Shown piece by piece: positions 1-13,481 of a stretch of 64,000 nucleotides of DNA (its first letter is position 1; each line of letters opens with the position of its first letter). Made by a program: the position numbers and the translations under genes. The stretch spans positions 9,424,001 to 9,488,000 of the forward strand of contig CM022678.1 in assembly GCA_012295275.1 (NCBI GenBank). Reading direction: 5' to 3'. The DNA is from Chrysomallon squamiferum. Taxonomy: Eukaryota > Animalia > Mollusca. The notes beneath the pieces are model-generated. The model saw only the letters and a list, made by a program, of their open reading frames with translations. It made no database searches and was not told the origin of the DNA.

Positions 1-2498
1 GTGGATCACGTGATCTTGAGATGACCTTTATTGAAATTTAATCTCCCACATGTTAACTAAAACATATAAAAGTTTCCTGGGTGTAATATTTTTTGTTTAG
101 CCACAATATAGATTTGAAAAATGTACATACATGAAAATAACACGTTTTCAGCCATTAACATCTGATTAACTAAAACCTGAATGATCAATTCTGGATGCTA
201 GGAATCACCATCTCTCTTGATCATCGAGTAAGACATTGTAGGCCTACATGTATGCATAAAGTTCACATATAAAAGTTTCCTGGGTATAATATTTTTTGTT
301 TAGCCATAATGGAGATTTTAAAAAATGCATACATGCATGGATGATTGATACAATGCATTACAGTGTACATTTTCTCTCAGACTAAAAACTCATCTTTGGA
401 GTTAAAACCCACCTGACATGTCTGAAGGAATGCCTGAAGGATATGAAAAGATGCCAAATGGCACGACATGTTCTACACAATCAGGCTCAAAGGGTTAACA
501 GGAAGTGATGCTTCAGGCAGGTCACGAACTCCTTTAGATTCCCTGGTGCAATCCCCATTGAGCACATGGCAATTAGAAGTTTAAGACAAAGAAGTTTCTT
601 CATCTGCATTTCTTTGACAATCTGAAGCTTTTTAAGTTGGACACAATGTCAGATGTTGATATATAAACAATATTTTTATTTCATAAAACCTATTAAGTAA
701 TTTTATCATGTCATGTGGGCCTTGCCATTGGTTTTGAACAAGGTTTCAGTCAACAACAGTACAACCCAGTCTGAAATCAGACGTCATCAAGTGATGTACT
801 GCATAATGTATTTGTACACCCAGTCTTCGGCACAGAGTATGAACAAGGTCTACTTCACCTTAATAAACTGTGATTTATACTCGAGAAGATTGACATAAAT
901 GCCTAAGACTTGTGGGCCTTTGGCAATAACACATGTACTTTGCTGCCATTTTATGACCTGCTTAACTTTACTGAAAGGGTTTCAGGATTTGATTTAATAT
1001 TTAGGAAAGCACTGACTTTGTTCTATTGAACTGAAGGTGCAGGCCAATACTGAAAATCCTTATTTCTTCCAGGGCTAACTGCAGCTTTAACTCTCCTAAA
1101 AATGTGTGTTATCAACACCATCATATCAAAAAGGAGTTGTTGCGAAGTGTATGGAAAACTGAGGAAGTCGAACTCCTCACTCTTTGAAGTGGGATCAAAA
1201 CACGGGACATCAAGAGTATCATGAACAAGAACTTTTCATCAAATTTTCAACATTGCAGAAAAACTGTTGTGATCCCCTTAATCGCCACCCTGAGCAAGCA
1301 TGCACTAGATCTTTAAGAATTGTTAGCATGGGCATTTACAAATGCTTAGTAAATCCTCCAAAGACACTAGTGCCAGGAGACAAGTTGTGCTGTGACTGTC
1401 TGATTACCCTTCAGAAATCAAAGGTCCTGCAGAGGATGGCTTTAGTATGGGTGGTATTACAATGGGAGAATTTGGTGATAACTTGCCAGACCAACCACTG
1501 GTTGTTGTTTCCCCAGAAAAGGACTTTGATTTGAATTCTATTCTGTCGAGTTTAGGCGAAACTCCTGTCAAACTCCATTCACTAGCACATTCCAGTAAAT
1601 GAATGAAAGGACAGAAAAAAACTAGCATCAGCTACAGTAACATTAAAATGACATCTTAATGTCTGAATCCTACCCAGAGCGTGTGCAAATCTTGATTTTG
1701 TCACCCTTTACCATTGAAAGGACAATGAATTGAAGGAGGAAATAATCCAATTTTATGAAAGTGATGAGAACAGTAGAATGTGTCTGGGAATGAAGGATAC
1801 AGTGAGCATCTGAAACAAACATAGTGAGAAGGTTAAGCATCAGAAACACCTAGTTCTCTCAAATTTATGTGAACTTTATGCATACATGTAGGCCTACAAT
1901 GTCTTACTGGACGATCAAGAAAGATGGTGATCCCTAGCATCCAGAATTGATCATTCAGGTTTTAGTTAATCAGATGTTAATGGCTGAAAACGTGTTATTT
2001 TCATGTATGTGCATTTTTTAAATCTATATTGTGGCTAAACAAAAAATATTACACCCAGGAAACTTTTATATGTTTTAGTTAACATGTGGGAGATTAAATT
2101 TCAATAAAGGTCATCTCAAGATCACGTGATCCACACGGTCAATTTCAAGGTCATAGCAAAGGTCAAAAGGTCAAGGTACTCCAATATTTTCCAAACTAAA
2201 CAAAAATGGCAGATTTGGAATCCTTGTCATTTTGCCTTTCTAACAATACCAATTTTATGAAGATTGGCCCAGTAGTTCCTGAGATATAAGGGTTCTAAGG
2301 TTGGTGGTCACACCCATTTTTGGCAAAAATCTCAAAATTCGGTGGGCCGTATCTTCCACACCACTGGTCTGATTGGGCTAATATTTCAGATTTTGTGCTG
2401 TGGGATCCCAGTCAACAAGTATACCAAGTTTTATAAAAATCTGAGACGGTCGGGTTTAAATTTCTTTTTTTTTTGGGTGATTTGACACGGAATGACCC
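1..2498 (+). mobile_element. Non-autonomous Sola2-type DNA transposon, copy 1 (left end outside window)
   Basis: 1-269 is the reverse complement of the inner part of 1866-2498 (long TIR). It ends ...GACACGGAATGACCC. It is near-identical to 58551-61383 and carries a transposase remnant. A 5'-GRG terminus and long TIRs fit Sola2. Confidence 0.85.
1102..1890 (+). pseudogene. Truncated, frameshifted Sola2-like transposase N-terminal part
   Basis: Fragments CCDPLNRH...LVPGDKLCCDC, LNSILSSLGETPVK and (from 1721) DNELKEEIIQFYESDENSRMCLGMKDTVSI*NKHSEKVKHQKHLVLSNLCELYA. The last matches the FY.D..SR..PG.KD.VS...QK.L.L.NL.ELY motif I associate with Sola2 transposases. The catalytic region is deleted. 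Confidence 0.75.
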
Positions 2499-2499
2499 T

Positions 2500-5308
2500 T
2501 TCATTTTTTTATTATTTTTATTAGTAACATTATTTGCTGTTATATGTATATAAATACCATTTACTGATACAAATGAATGTTTGTTGAAAAATCAGTATCT
2601 TTTAAACATATGTCATTATAACCTGATAATTGATAAACATAAATTCTGCTAAAATGCAACAAATCTGAAATAAAGAAGAAATATTTTATTTAAGAACATA
2701 CACCACGTTTATTTATTACTAGTTCTTTCTATCTTAAAAGGTAAATAACGAAACAGCTAGTGAAGTGACACCTTTTTTGAACAGTAACTAAAAATATATT
2801 TCTAACATATATCTTTCCACAGAAATGCAAAAACAGAACAAAAATATTTTATTATGATATATCACACATCAGCAGCTAGATTGGGAAATAGCATTATTAG
2901 TCCTCCATGAGGACTGATCCTGGAACCTTTATCGTAAAAGGTAAGTAACAATACAGCTAATGAAAAAGAAAAGCTGTTTCTGCAATATGAAGTGACACCT
3001 TTTTTAAACAAGCCACTAAAAATCTATTTTTAGTATATGTCTTTCCACAGAACCCCCCCCCCCAGAAAAAACCAACAACATATATATGTTCTTAGGTATA
3101 TCAGGCACAGATCAGGAGCTAGATTGGGAAATAGCATTATTAGTCCTCCATGCAGGACTGATCCTGGAACACAACAAACCTTTGCGACAAAATCTTCTCT
3201 TTTTTTTTTAACTTTATTGAAATAATCAATAGTTTGTACAAAAATAATAAAAATTAAAATTAAAACAGTACATACATTTTTTTGTAAAAATAATTTTGAA
3301 AAAAATTCATAAGCATATTCTAATATATCTTCCATTTTTCTAATTAATCCATTTACTCTTTTAAGTTCTTTAATAGAATTTGATTAGTGATTAATTTTTC
3401 TGAATTCAGAAAAAAAAATGTATTTCTATCCATATCTAGGTTCTACTGAGCTTTAGGTCTTAAAATAGCACCATTACACTTAATCTCTCAATTAATTTTA
3501 ACTTTTCTTCTTTGTATAGTTACTCAAATCATGATGCTTATTTACAACTAATTTAGCATATTCTCATTTTAAAGCATTTTGTATATCATAGTATTTCTCG
3601 TTGACTAATTTTCTCTTATTTAGTGCAAAATGTTTTATATTTTAAGTTATTTGATCAAACAACAGGTTCAGTTTGTAACAAGGACACTCAGAAGCATTAT
3701 TAGTTACTTCAACAAGAACTTTACAAAAAATGTCATCTTTAACAATTCATTATTAAAGATCCAAATACCTTGTCCTCTCTCTACACTGGAAAAATCTATT
3801 TTCAGAGATAAAACCTTATTATCATTAACTGACGTATAGGATATGTATACATTACTTATAAACTGTAATAAATTTCTAGAAATTAAAAATAAATTAATTC
3901 TTGACTGATTTATAGTTTTTTCAACAATTTGAGATCTTGTAAATTGTCTTTTATCTAATTATAATTATAAATAACTGACTGTAATTCATTACTACTTTTC
4001 ATACTAAAAGTTTTATTATTATTGCCTAAATCTAAATTAGGATCTAAAATTTCATTAAAATCTCCTGCCGTTACTGTATTTTTAAAATCCACAAATTTAC
4101 ATAATCCTTTAAAAAATAAAATTCTTACTTCAATATTATTTGGCACATATACACTTATAAAACTATATTCATTGTCATCTATTTTAGTATTAACTTTTAA
4201 AATCCTGCCTTCAGTGTTGCAACTATTAAAGGTAAACTTCTAAAGACATTCTTTTCGTATCAGTGTTGCTACAACCCTCCAGTATAAACACTAAAACTGA
4301 ATATGACAAAATCCCAATTTTTCCAGTACAATAATAAATTTGATAAATTCATTTAATAAAAGATATAATTCAATTGTGGACTTGCAATGTAATTAAAAAC
4401 TCTCACAAAACTTACTTTCTGCTTCCTGATCATTCAGCAGCTGTCCTGTCTCTGTCAGTTTTATCATTTCAAACCAGAAGAACAGCTCTGTGAGAAAGGC
4501 TAAGAGGTTTTCTCGTATACTGTCTGTGTGTACAGGAGATCCTCGTAGATGAAATGGAAAAAATTGATGGAAGATGCTGTTCTCAGAATGTTTTGGTGAG
4601 GCATAGATTATATAATGAATTAGCTATTCCTAACCCATCGTCCAAACATATATCTGAAGAAAAAATAAATAATGATGAGACAATTAATATTTAATAATAG
4701 AGTAAAAGATGTTAAGGTGGATGATAAGGATGTGATAACTGACAGACAGACAGACAGAGATCATCATGAAATATTTTCTGTACAAATTATATTTAAAACC
4801 AAAAAAACCAGACATAATAATAAAATATGAATTTTGTTGATTGTGAAATATAAAATAAAAAATCCCCCCAAAACCCCACTTGTCTCTTAACTAGATATTA
4901 AGATTCATAAATATACTTTATCAGTTTATGCTAAATTTTAAAGTTGCCATTAATGATGTGATTCATTTTTTTATTAACAAAATATTGTGTTGTTTAACAA
5001 ACCATGAAAACTGAGACACTTCAGACAAAGCTGCAGTACATCTGTCTCCTATGTATTTTAGTATCTCTGTCATTACAGGAACAGTCTGAAGGGCTGGAAG
5101 TTCCAGTCTGGTAACAGGACCATTAAATATTTTAAATTGATAAAATTTGCTGCTTCTGATATTTTAAATATAGAAATTTACAACAAAATAATCACATTTA
5201 TATGAATGTAAGTATCTGTTAGTGGGGGAGGGTAGATGAAACAAATGTACATGGTATAAAAGTAAAGTGTGTTACAAGATACTAGTATAATTTGTATGGG
5301 TGCAGTTC

Positions 5309-5356
<48 letters not shown>

Positions 5357-6575
5357 AGTAGTACTGATTTACTACTTATAAACTGCAAATTAAATTAAAT
5401 TAACCTTCATTATGTTTAGAATAATGAGAAATATTTAAGAAAACAAAATCAGATCCACCTGCTCCGATTTTTCTCTTTTCAAGTGGCAGAAGTACAAACT
5501 TCATTTAACAGAAAATAATTGTGTCCTCAGTGCCTGATGGAAGTTCACTGGATGTGTTAAAAGTTGTAATTACTCTGAAAATGTTAAAATTCCTTGTGCA
5601 ATATGCTGCATTTAAAGACAGGTCTAATTACATTATATGATAAATTATACAAAACATGCACCCCAAATATCATTTTCCTTCTCCTTCTCTCCCTGTATCT
5701 CCATTCCTTCAGCCTCTCTCTCTTTCTCTCATACATTCATACATGTATATGTTTAACTGTACTTATTTTCTTCTTTTCAGCTATCTGTTAATAATCAAAG
5801 TAGAAGGATGAATGTGTTTGAATACTTTCTTTTTTGGTAACATTCTGAAATATTGACAATTACAAAATTTCATTTACATAGGTAAAAACATCATTCAGTA
5901 TATACACTAAAACGGAATGTTTACCATATATTTTCCAAAGTATAAAATGAAGAAAATAAATAAATTTTAACAGAGCCAAACAAACTCATTTTAATAAAAG
6001 ATTTAAAAATTTTAGTAATTAACGAGATAATAAAAAATAATATAAAATAAATAAATAAATAAAAGTATAAGGGCTATGGGATATTTTCAATATACTTTGT
6101 TATTAATAAATAATTTTACCGAGTAATGCCTATAATAATAAAATAATTAACAATACAACAGCAAATAAATTATTATTATTACGCTATTTTATAATCAATA
6201 AAGAGTTTTTACAAAACTTATTTTACGCTAAGACACAAAAATTAAAATAAAATAAACTCACAACTCGGAATGGTGCAATCTGCATGAGAATGGTTTCTGT
6301 AACAGCTGATTCGTGCTTCTCCATAACGTAAATTCCCTTTCCATCTCCGAATCCGATTCACGCTTGGATTCGCACAAATATAAAACATCCGAATCCATCT
6401 GGATTCTCGTGAAGTATTTCCAAAATGCTATTAAATTGAATAATCAACAAGTAAAATGTATCCGAATTAAAAACAAAAATAGTCTGGTTATCAAGCATCA
6501 CTTCAAATTGGTTTGAAAAGCGTAGCATACATTCGAATCCGTGTATGTTCAAAACATCGTGGTTTATCAAGACTA
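2500..6575. repeat. Segmental duplication, paralogous to ~39790-43140
   Basis: Colinear diverged matches (e.g. ccatttactgatacaaatgaatgtttgttgaaaaatcagtatc; ctgatggaagttcactggatgtgttaaaagttgtaatt). Both copies share the L1 fragment and Patronin exons, with different deletions in each. Confidence 0.92.
3190..4280 (-). mobile_element. L1/Tx1-clade LINE ORF2 fragment (AP endonuclease and linker), decayed
   Basis: Minus-strand pieces EGRILKV...VYVPNN..R..FF..L...GDFN..LDPNLD, an SRIN/SRID-type motif and GIWIFNNELL. Multiple stops. Boundaries approximate. Confidence 0.85.
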
Positions 6576-7400
6576 GCGGTGGTTGACCCATTTCTGCGAA
6601 CAAAATCGCCTATAAAGAGAACCGAATGGAACATGTTTCTGCAGTTCTTAATAAATAACAAGATATAGTAATTTACTGTTCCAAATTGAGTATTATTTCA
6701 GATATTATTTTGTCTGTGTGTTGAGCACACTCAACATGAAAAGCTTGTTTTAATATAGTTATGAATACAAACACTGACATTTAACATTTAATATGAATTT
6801 AACAAGTGTTTGAATAAAAGTATGTCCAGTTACAGATACTTATTTTATTTACTGTGTGTTGAGCACATTAAACAGAAAAAGATGCTTAAAATAAAAACAA
6901 GTCTAATTACATACAGTTCATTTTATTTCTTGTGTTGATCATATTAAATTAAAGAAAAAAATAGTTTTTTCTAATCTCTTTTTTTGTATAAAAAATTACC
7001 CTGCAAAATAGTAATAACAACAACAATAATATTAATGATGACAATATATAATAATACTTCCATTAATAATAATAATAACAATAGTAATGATAATGGTAAT
7101 AATCATAATAATGATGATGAAAAATAATAATAGTAGTAGTAATAAAAACAGTAATAATAATATTAATAATACAACAATAACAAAAGAACATAATAATAGG
7201 ACTTTAGGATACAAACTCTGAAACTTGAGACAATTTAAAAAAATGAAAAAGTACAGATATTAATAACTTTAATAATTAGAAGATATATCTTGAAAGATAA
7301 GAAATTTTTAAAATATTTCATTCACATCTGATTTTTCATAGAAAGGTTCTTTAAATTCATTTGTAACATTTTCTCCATATGCTTACCGCAAAATCCAGGC
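4416..7400 (-). pseudogene. CAMSAP: Patronin/CAMSAP pseudogene copy A (N-terminal and CH-domain exons)
   Basis: GT-AG exons: 7326-7400 AWILR*AYGENVTNEFKEPFYEKSD; 5459-5574 TTFNTSSELPSGTEDTIIF; 5003-5107 PVMTEILKYIGD; 4416-4653 DICLDDGLGIANSLYNL...EDLLY...NLLAFLTELFFWFE. Also 6262-~6340 KGIYVMEKHESAVTETILMQIAPFRV, which has a donor but no acceptor. These match the CAMSAP motifs WICAKAYG..PFY, SRKGIYVME, ELPYDLEDAMVFWINKV and DICL...DSLYN...ELFWWFE. Stops and frameshifts are present. Confidence 0.9.
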
Positions 7401-8979
7401 CTGAAAAACATCAAAAATAAATCATTAATAATAATAATAAGAAGAATATGAAAAATAGCAATAAAGATTAAAAAATAATAATAATAAAGATTAAAACAAA
7501 TAATAATAACAAATAAAACAAATTAATAATAAGAAGTAGTAATAGTAATAAGAATAAATAAAATCAAACAAATTGTGAATAAATTAAAATTGACAATTAG
7601 TGAATAAAAAAATGGAAGGGAAACTCAGAAGAATTTTTCATAAACAATTAAATATTTATAGGTAATATGGTAAACCATTTCTGCATTGTTGGCATCTTTT
7701 TTTTTTTTTTTTTTTTAATTCTTCCAGACTTGTAAGCACTGAATAATTCAAACTTGTATATTAACAGATTTATATTGTACGAGTTAAAATATTTTGTAAT
7801 ACAGGTCATTATCTACAGATACAGTTGTAAATAGTTTTGTATGTCATAGTTTTAGTCACATTAATTTATTTACACAAGACACCAGTGAAATGTTATACAC
7901 ACATTTTAATTTTTTTTATTTCAATAGTGTATTCTGTATGTGATTGGACAGTTTAATATTATTTTCTGTGATTATTAAAAATTACTTATGTGTTTTAATG
8001 TGTGTGTGTCTGTTAAATATTATTATAACAAATAAATGGCACTGGTTAAAATATAATTTTATTAATATTTTACAGTGTCTACATATTGAATAACTGGGAC
8101 ATACTTTTCCTAAATTTTTATCTATTATTATTTTTTTTAATGTTAACAGGTATTTAGCTTAAATAATATGAAAGCAAATTACAAACTGTTTAAAAAGTTA
8201 TTTAAATAGGTATTGAAATGTACAAAGCAACTTAACATAAATTTAAAAAAAAAGGAAATCATAGGCTGACAGAAAACAACCTGTTAAACATATTGTGTTA
8301 ATAGTTTTCTCAGTTTATTTAAAAAAGACAAAAATATAATAATAATAATAATAATAATAATAAATGGTTACCAGTCATATCGTCATGTGAAAATGTACCT
8401 GGTTCCTACCAAAACATCCCAGTCCATTTAACACTGACTACACAATGCATACAATAATTGTTTCAAATTCAATGTCATTTCAAGCCCATTCAGTCTCTGG
8501 ATGACTTAGACCTGTACACATTTTTCTTCCAACATTTGTGTTTTCCGTGCCCAGCACCGACAACTCTTTTGCCATTATTTCTGATGAAAATGGTTGCATA
8601 TGCAATTCAGACAGACATGGCATCTCATAAACTGATATATTAATTTGATTGTTATTTCTTTCTTTTACAGAATTAGAAGTCCATGAAGTCTAGCAAAAAC
8701 AAACATACAAACTTGAAAGACACATTTTTTAAAATAAGTATATACACACAGAGTTAATGAATTCTGTTCTTATATGTGATCCATACTGGGTGCAACAATG
8801 TATGCGCACTGGTGTAGAAGTTGCTTCACAGTTTTGATCCCTGCGATGTAGGCATCCTACATGTTGTCCTTGGTGCTGTCAGTATTTCTTCTGTTGTCAG
8901 TGTTTTAGGTTATTTTCAGACAGCAACTGAACTTGAACATCAATGAGCTGTGCATGCTCCTGAAGTAGATGAACTATTT

Positions 8980-11277
8980 TGTTGAACTCAAGATTTCCAT
9001 TCTTGGCATCAGATGTTGCTTATCACTGACTTTGATGTCTCAACTTCTGTTGGTGTCGTTTGGCAGCTGGTTTACTGGTTTGATAATGCTGGTAAGGGTC
9101 ATCAACTACAAAACATAACTGAAAAACATGTGAATCAATGTTAAAAGCATTCAATCAGAATTATAATCTTCACTTCACTGTAAGAGAATTAAAATGTGTG
9201 ACTAAAAAGAAAAAAAAGCACTGTTACAGGACCTGACAAAGTAAAAATACAATAACACTACACCTGCCAGAACAAACATTATTAATTATACTTGATCTGT
9301 TTAATATAAATATGGTCAACAATCTGGAAACATGTTTTAGAAAGGAAAGACTGAAAATACAAGAAGACACTGTATACCTTGTTTATCAGCTTCAAACAGA
9401 TTCTCTGTATCAGTGAGCAGAAAATCCTGAACACTGAAAACCAGTCAAAGATGCACACAAATTTCATGAAGTAAAATGACAACTTTTGTGGAGTCATGGT
9501 CAGAATGGGAATGTGTTTCAAACTGCAGGTTAATCTTTGCTTGCATTTCTATCAGTGCTTCAAACATGTTCACAAACACATTTGGTCAAGCATTCATTGC
9601 CTGTGGTGGAAATTAAATAAAGAATTATATGATTTTTATATCCTAATATTTATAATAATGAAAGTTGATTAATGACATCTTGTAACATATTTTAATGCAA
9701 GTGATTAAACTAAAATTGGAATTAATTTAACAGATTGTATATGATCTGTTACACATTGTCATTTAATAAAATAACAAACATTAACATACATGTAATTAAT
9801 CCACTCCCAATACTAGAATATAAACATTTTAACAGATTAATTGTTCTTAAAAGAAAATTAGAAAATAATTATCAGGCCAAAGTTAAAAATATACTCAATG
9901 GTTTACACTTTTTTTACTTTGATAACTAAACTCAGGTCATATTAATTTTCAGCTAACTACTTTTATATACATACCATAATAACTTAATTTTATTTACCTT
10001 TGAATCTTTGAACCTCCTGTCCAGCAGCCATATTACCTGAAACACCAAGCTATTATCTAAAAATAGTACATAAATGTCTACTTTCAATCTCTCTAAGTAT
10101 AACAAATAATAAGTAAACAGACTTTTGTCATCTAATTTAAGTACAATTAAGTGATTGATAGATTAGTGCTAGTTATATTTAAAACTATTGATAACTGCTA
10201 ATCAAATCAGTAATCTCATTGTTCCTGATATAAAGTTGTCAAAAACTTCTGGAAATAATTACTAAGAAAATGTAAAATTTAAAAATATTTAAATGTTAAA
10301 AAACAAATTAAAAAAATAAAAACCCATTGAATTGTGGGTAAATTCTTACACTGAAAATTAATCAAACATGTCTTACATGGTTTCTGGGATGCTGTGTCAT
10401 TAGAAGACCTGTACATTCGTCAGAGACTGTGACCTGAAGTTCCTCTAACAAGTTTGTTGTGTGTTAGGTCAGTGTGAGAATACAGTGAGGTCAGGTGACA
10501 CAGTGTGACTCAAGTCTGAGTGAAGATTGAGTTCAGTGAGCAAGTCCAACTCAAACTTCTCTCTCAGTAGCAGAACAGCTGTGAAAATAAAAACAATTAA
10601 TCACTTATTCATTTAATAATAATATTAATTCAGCAAAATCTTTATCTGTTTATAATTAGAAATAAAATATTTTTGTATTGTTCTCCTTCAGTAAAATTAT
10701 AACTCTTTTTTTCAAATTAATGATTATCCACTTATCCAAAAAAAACTGCGGTTATCTAACATAAATCTGGACACATAAAATAATTTCAATAAATAAAGCA
10801 TTTAATGTGATAAGATATAATTAAAATGTTACTTTAATGTGAATTTGCTTCTGTTTATTTTATAAAAGACACAGTAGTGAAATTATATACTTGAAATATA
10901 TCTTGTAAATTTCCACAGTTAAATGTAACTAAAATAAACTTTTAATATCTAGCAGATATAATAAAAATAAAAGAAGAAAAAAATATATATACTGAAAATA
11001 GCATAAGAAAAATACTGGTTGGCCACATACTTGAGTGTGAGTTTTTATTTCTGTGTATGAAAACAAGAACTGTATTTGTCTTTTCTGAACCTGGCACCAG
11101 CCTCAAATGTACTGATTCCTTCATCACCATCAAAGATGAAACTTGAAAGTGTTTGAAATTCTAAAGTCTTCCCACATCAACAACAAGGACATCATCTGTT
11201 CTAGAGTTGTGAGGATGATGACAAAACCTGCCTCATGTCCAGTTTTATACATGACCCTCAACTGTCTTGTTACTGAC
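8980..11277 (-). pseudogene. VPS13D: VPS13D internal exons, decayed copy
   Basis: GT-AG exons, read across frameshifts: 11031-11277 (IKLD.EAG.VII..NSRTDDVLVVDVGRL.ISNTF..DGDEG), 10377-10578 (LLREKFELDLLTELNLHSDLSHTV.PD...DLTHNKLVRG), 9998-10056, and 9378-9600 (PNVF...LQFETH...IFDW..VQDFLLT). A weaker piece lies at ~8980-9118 (TSIIKPV). These resemble VPS13D RVLLDIEAGAPVLLIP...VANLGKL, ERNLDKEISHTVPD...YKLIRG and IFDWLLLVHDFL. Confidence 0.82.
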
Positions 11278-11802
11278 CTTCAAAACAGAAATAATATAAT
11301 AAATTAAATTAAATAAAGATAATAAATGGAATGTCAAATGCAATACAGCACATTATTAAGATTAGAGTATTTTTTATTCATAACTGTATAACGACAGTAA
11401 AATACCATGAAAAAATAATTAAGAAAACAGAAAAAAATATAATAATAACAGTAGTAATTAAATAAATCATTAAAAAATATAATAACAATGAAAAAATAAA
11501 ACATTGAATACAGCTTCATAATGAAGTTCATTATGACATCTACAAAACTTTTATTGACAGTTTTAATGTGTCTTGTTTATTTAGTTAAATTATATTACAA
11601 TTCATTTTACACCTTCACTTTTCTGTTTTGCAATCAAATATAATTCTTTAACATGCATGAGTAATATTAATCCACAATATTTTATTTTATTTTTATTTAT
11701 TTATTTATTCATTATTATTATTAAGAATCCTGAAGATGATTTATGTTACCTGCAATAAAACTAATATTAGGAAAAGAAATAAAACTACACAAATTATGCA
11801 GA

Positions 11803-12303
11803 TATGCATTATTTAAAAAAATAAATAAAATAAAATAAAAAATATATAAAAAAAATCATTATAATAATAATAATTATAATATAATAATAAATTTAAAAAA
11901 AACTAATGACAAATAAAAAAGGTATTCACTTTCTTCAACTAATAAAATTCCAAAGCCTTTGTCAACAGTAACAAAATAGAACGTCTGCCTGTACTCTTGT
12001 ATACAGTCACTGATCGACGAGTGACACAACTTGACCTTTAACCCCACGTTTGTGTCGAGTAGTAAAATGTGTCTGCACCTCCTGAACTCTGCCCGTAAAA
12101 AAAAAAAAAAAAAAAAAAAAATATTAGTAACTCCTACAACAACAACAACAACTACTACTACTACTACTACTACTAATAATAATAATAATAATAAATAGCA
12201 AGTTAAAAAAAATACAAAAAACAAACGGAGATAGAGAGATAATGAGTAAGAAAGGAAGGAAGGAAGGAAAAACAAAAATAAAATAAAAGAAGAACAAAAG
12301 ATA

Positions 12304-12337
<34 letters not shown>

Positions 12338-13434
12338 TGAAGTCGACGAAGAAGATGATGAACATAAATAAATAAATAAATAAATATTGCTAGTAATTTT
12401 GTCAGATGAAAAATCAGGCTAATTTTAGTTAACAATGAACAGCTCTTTTTCGCTTACTTGCAGAAAATGTCGTGTTTCACTACACATCCTCCGACCCCGT
12501 ACATTCGCATCCAACAGAAATGAAATTGTGGAAACAGACTGACATTTGAAATGGTTTGACACCTGCAAATCATTCTAATATCGTTTTGTACGCGAACACT
12601 CGTTATCGCCGTATAAAGCACGAAGTGTAATAACGTTAAAAGTGGGTCAAGAGTTCACTCGCTGAAAACCACGTTTGTTTCACGAGCTTTGCGGGCGTCT
12701 TTTGTCCCAGTTTCAACAACTGATTTTATTTAAATATGTCGGCAAGAATTTCCGTACAGTATGAGTGAAGAAGTATTAAGCTTTCAGAAAAAAAAAAAGA
12801 CGAAGAAGAAGGAGGGAAAAGAAAACCAAATGGTGAGTTAGAAATAACGAGTGTTATAAATTGTAATAAAATATAAAAATAATAAAAATTGTGTTAGAAA
12901 ATATTTTGTCCTGATCGGGGTTAGTGTGTTCTAGACGTCTGCAATAGTATGCATTATTTAAAAAAAAAAATAATAATAAAAAAAAAATAATAATAATAAA
13001 AGAATCATTATAATAATAATAATTGTTATAATATAATAATAATAAATTTAAAAAAAAACTAATGACAAATAAAAAAGGTATTCACTTTCTTCAACTAATA
13101 AAATTCCAAAGCCTTTGTCAACAGTAACAAAATAGAACGTCTGCCTGTACTCTTGTATACAGTCACTGATAGAGGAGTGACACAACTTGACCTTTAACCC
13201 CACGTTTGTATCGTGTAGTAAAATGTGTCTGCACCTCCTGAACTCTGCCCGTAAAAAAAAATAATAATAATAATATTAATAACTACTACTACTACTACTA
13301 CTACTAATAATAATAATAATAAATTGCAAATTAATAAAAAAACAAAAAACAAACGGAGATAGAGAGATATAAAGAGTAAGAAAGAAAGGAAGGAAGGAAA
13401 AATAAAAATAAAAATAAAATAAAAGAAGAAGATA

Positions 13435-13481
<47 letters not shown>

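Noticed and set aside
713-1628. Short ORFs as intact genes (and their duplicates at 59621-60512)
   Set aside because: They lie within the transposon. Only parts correspond to frameshifted transposase.
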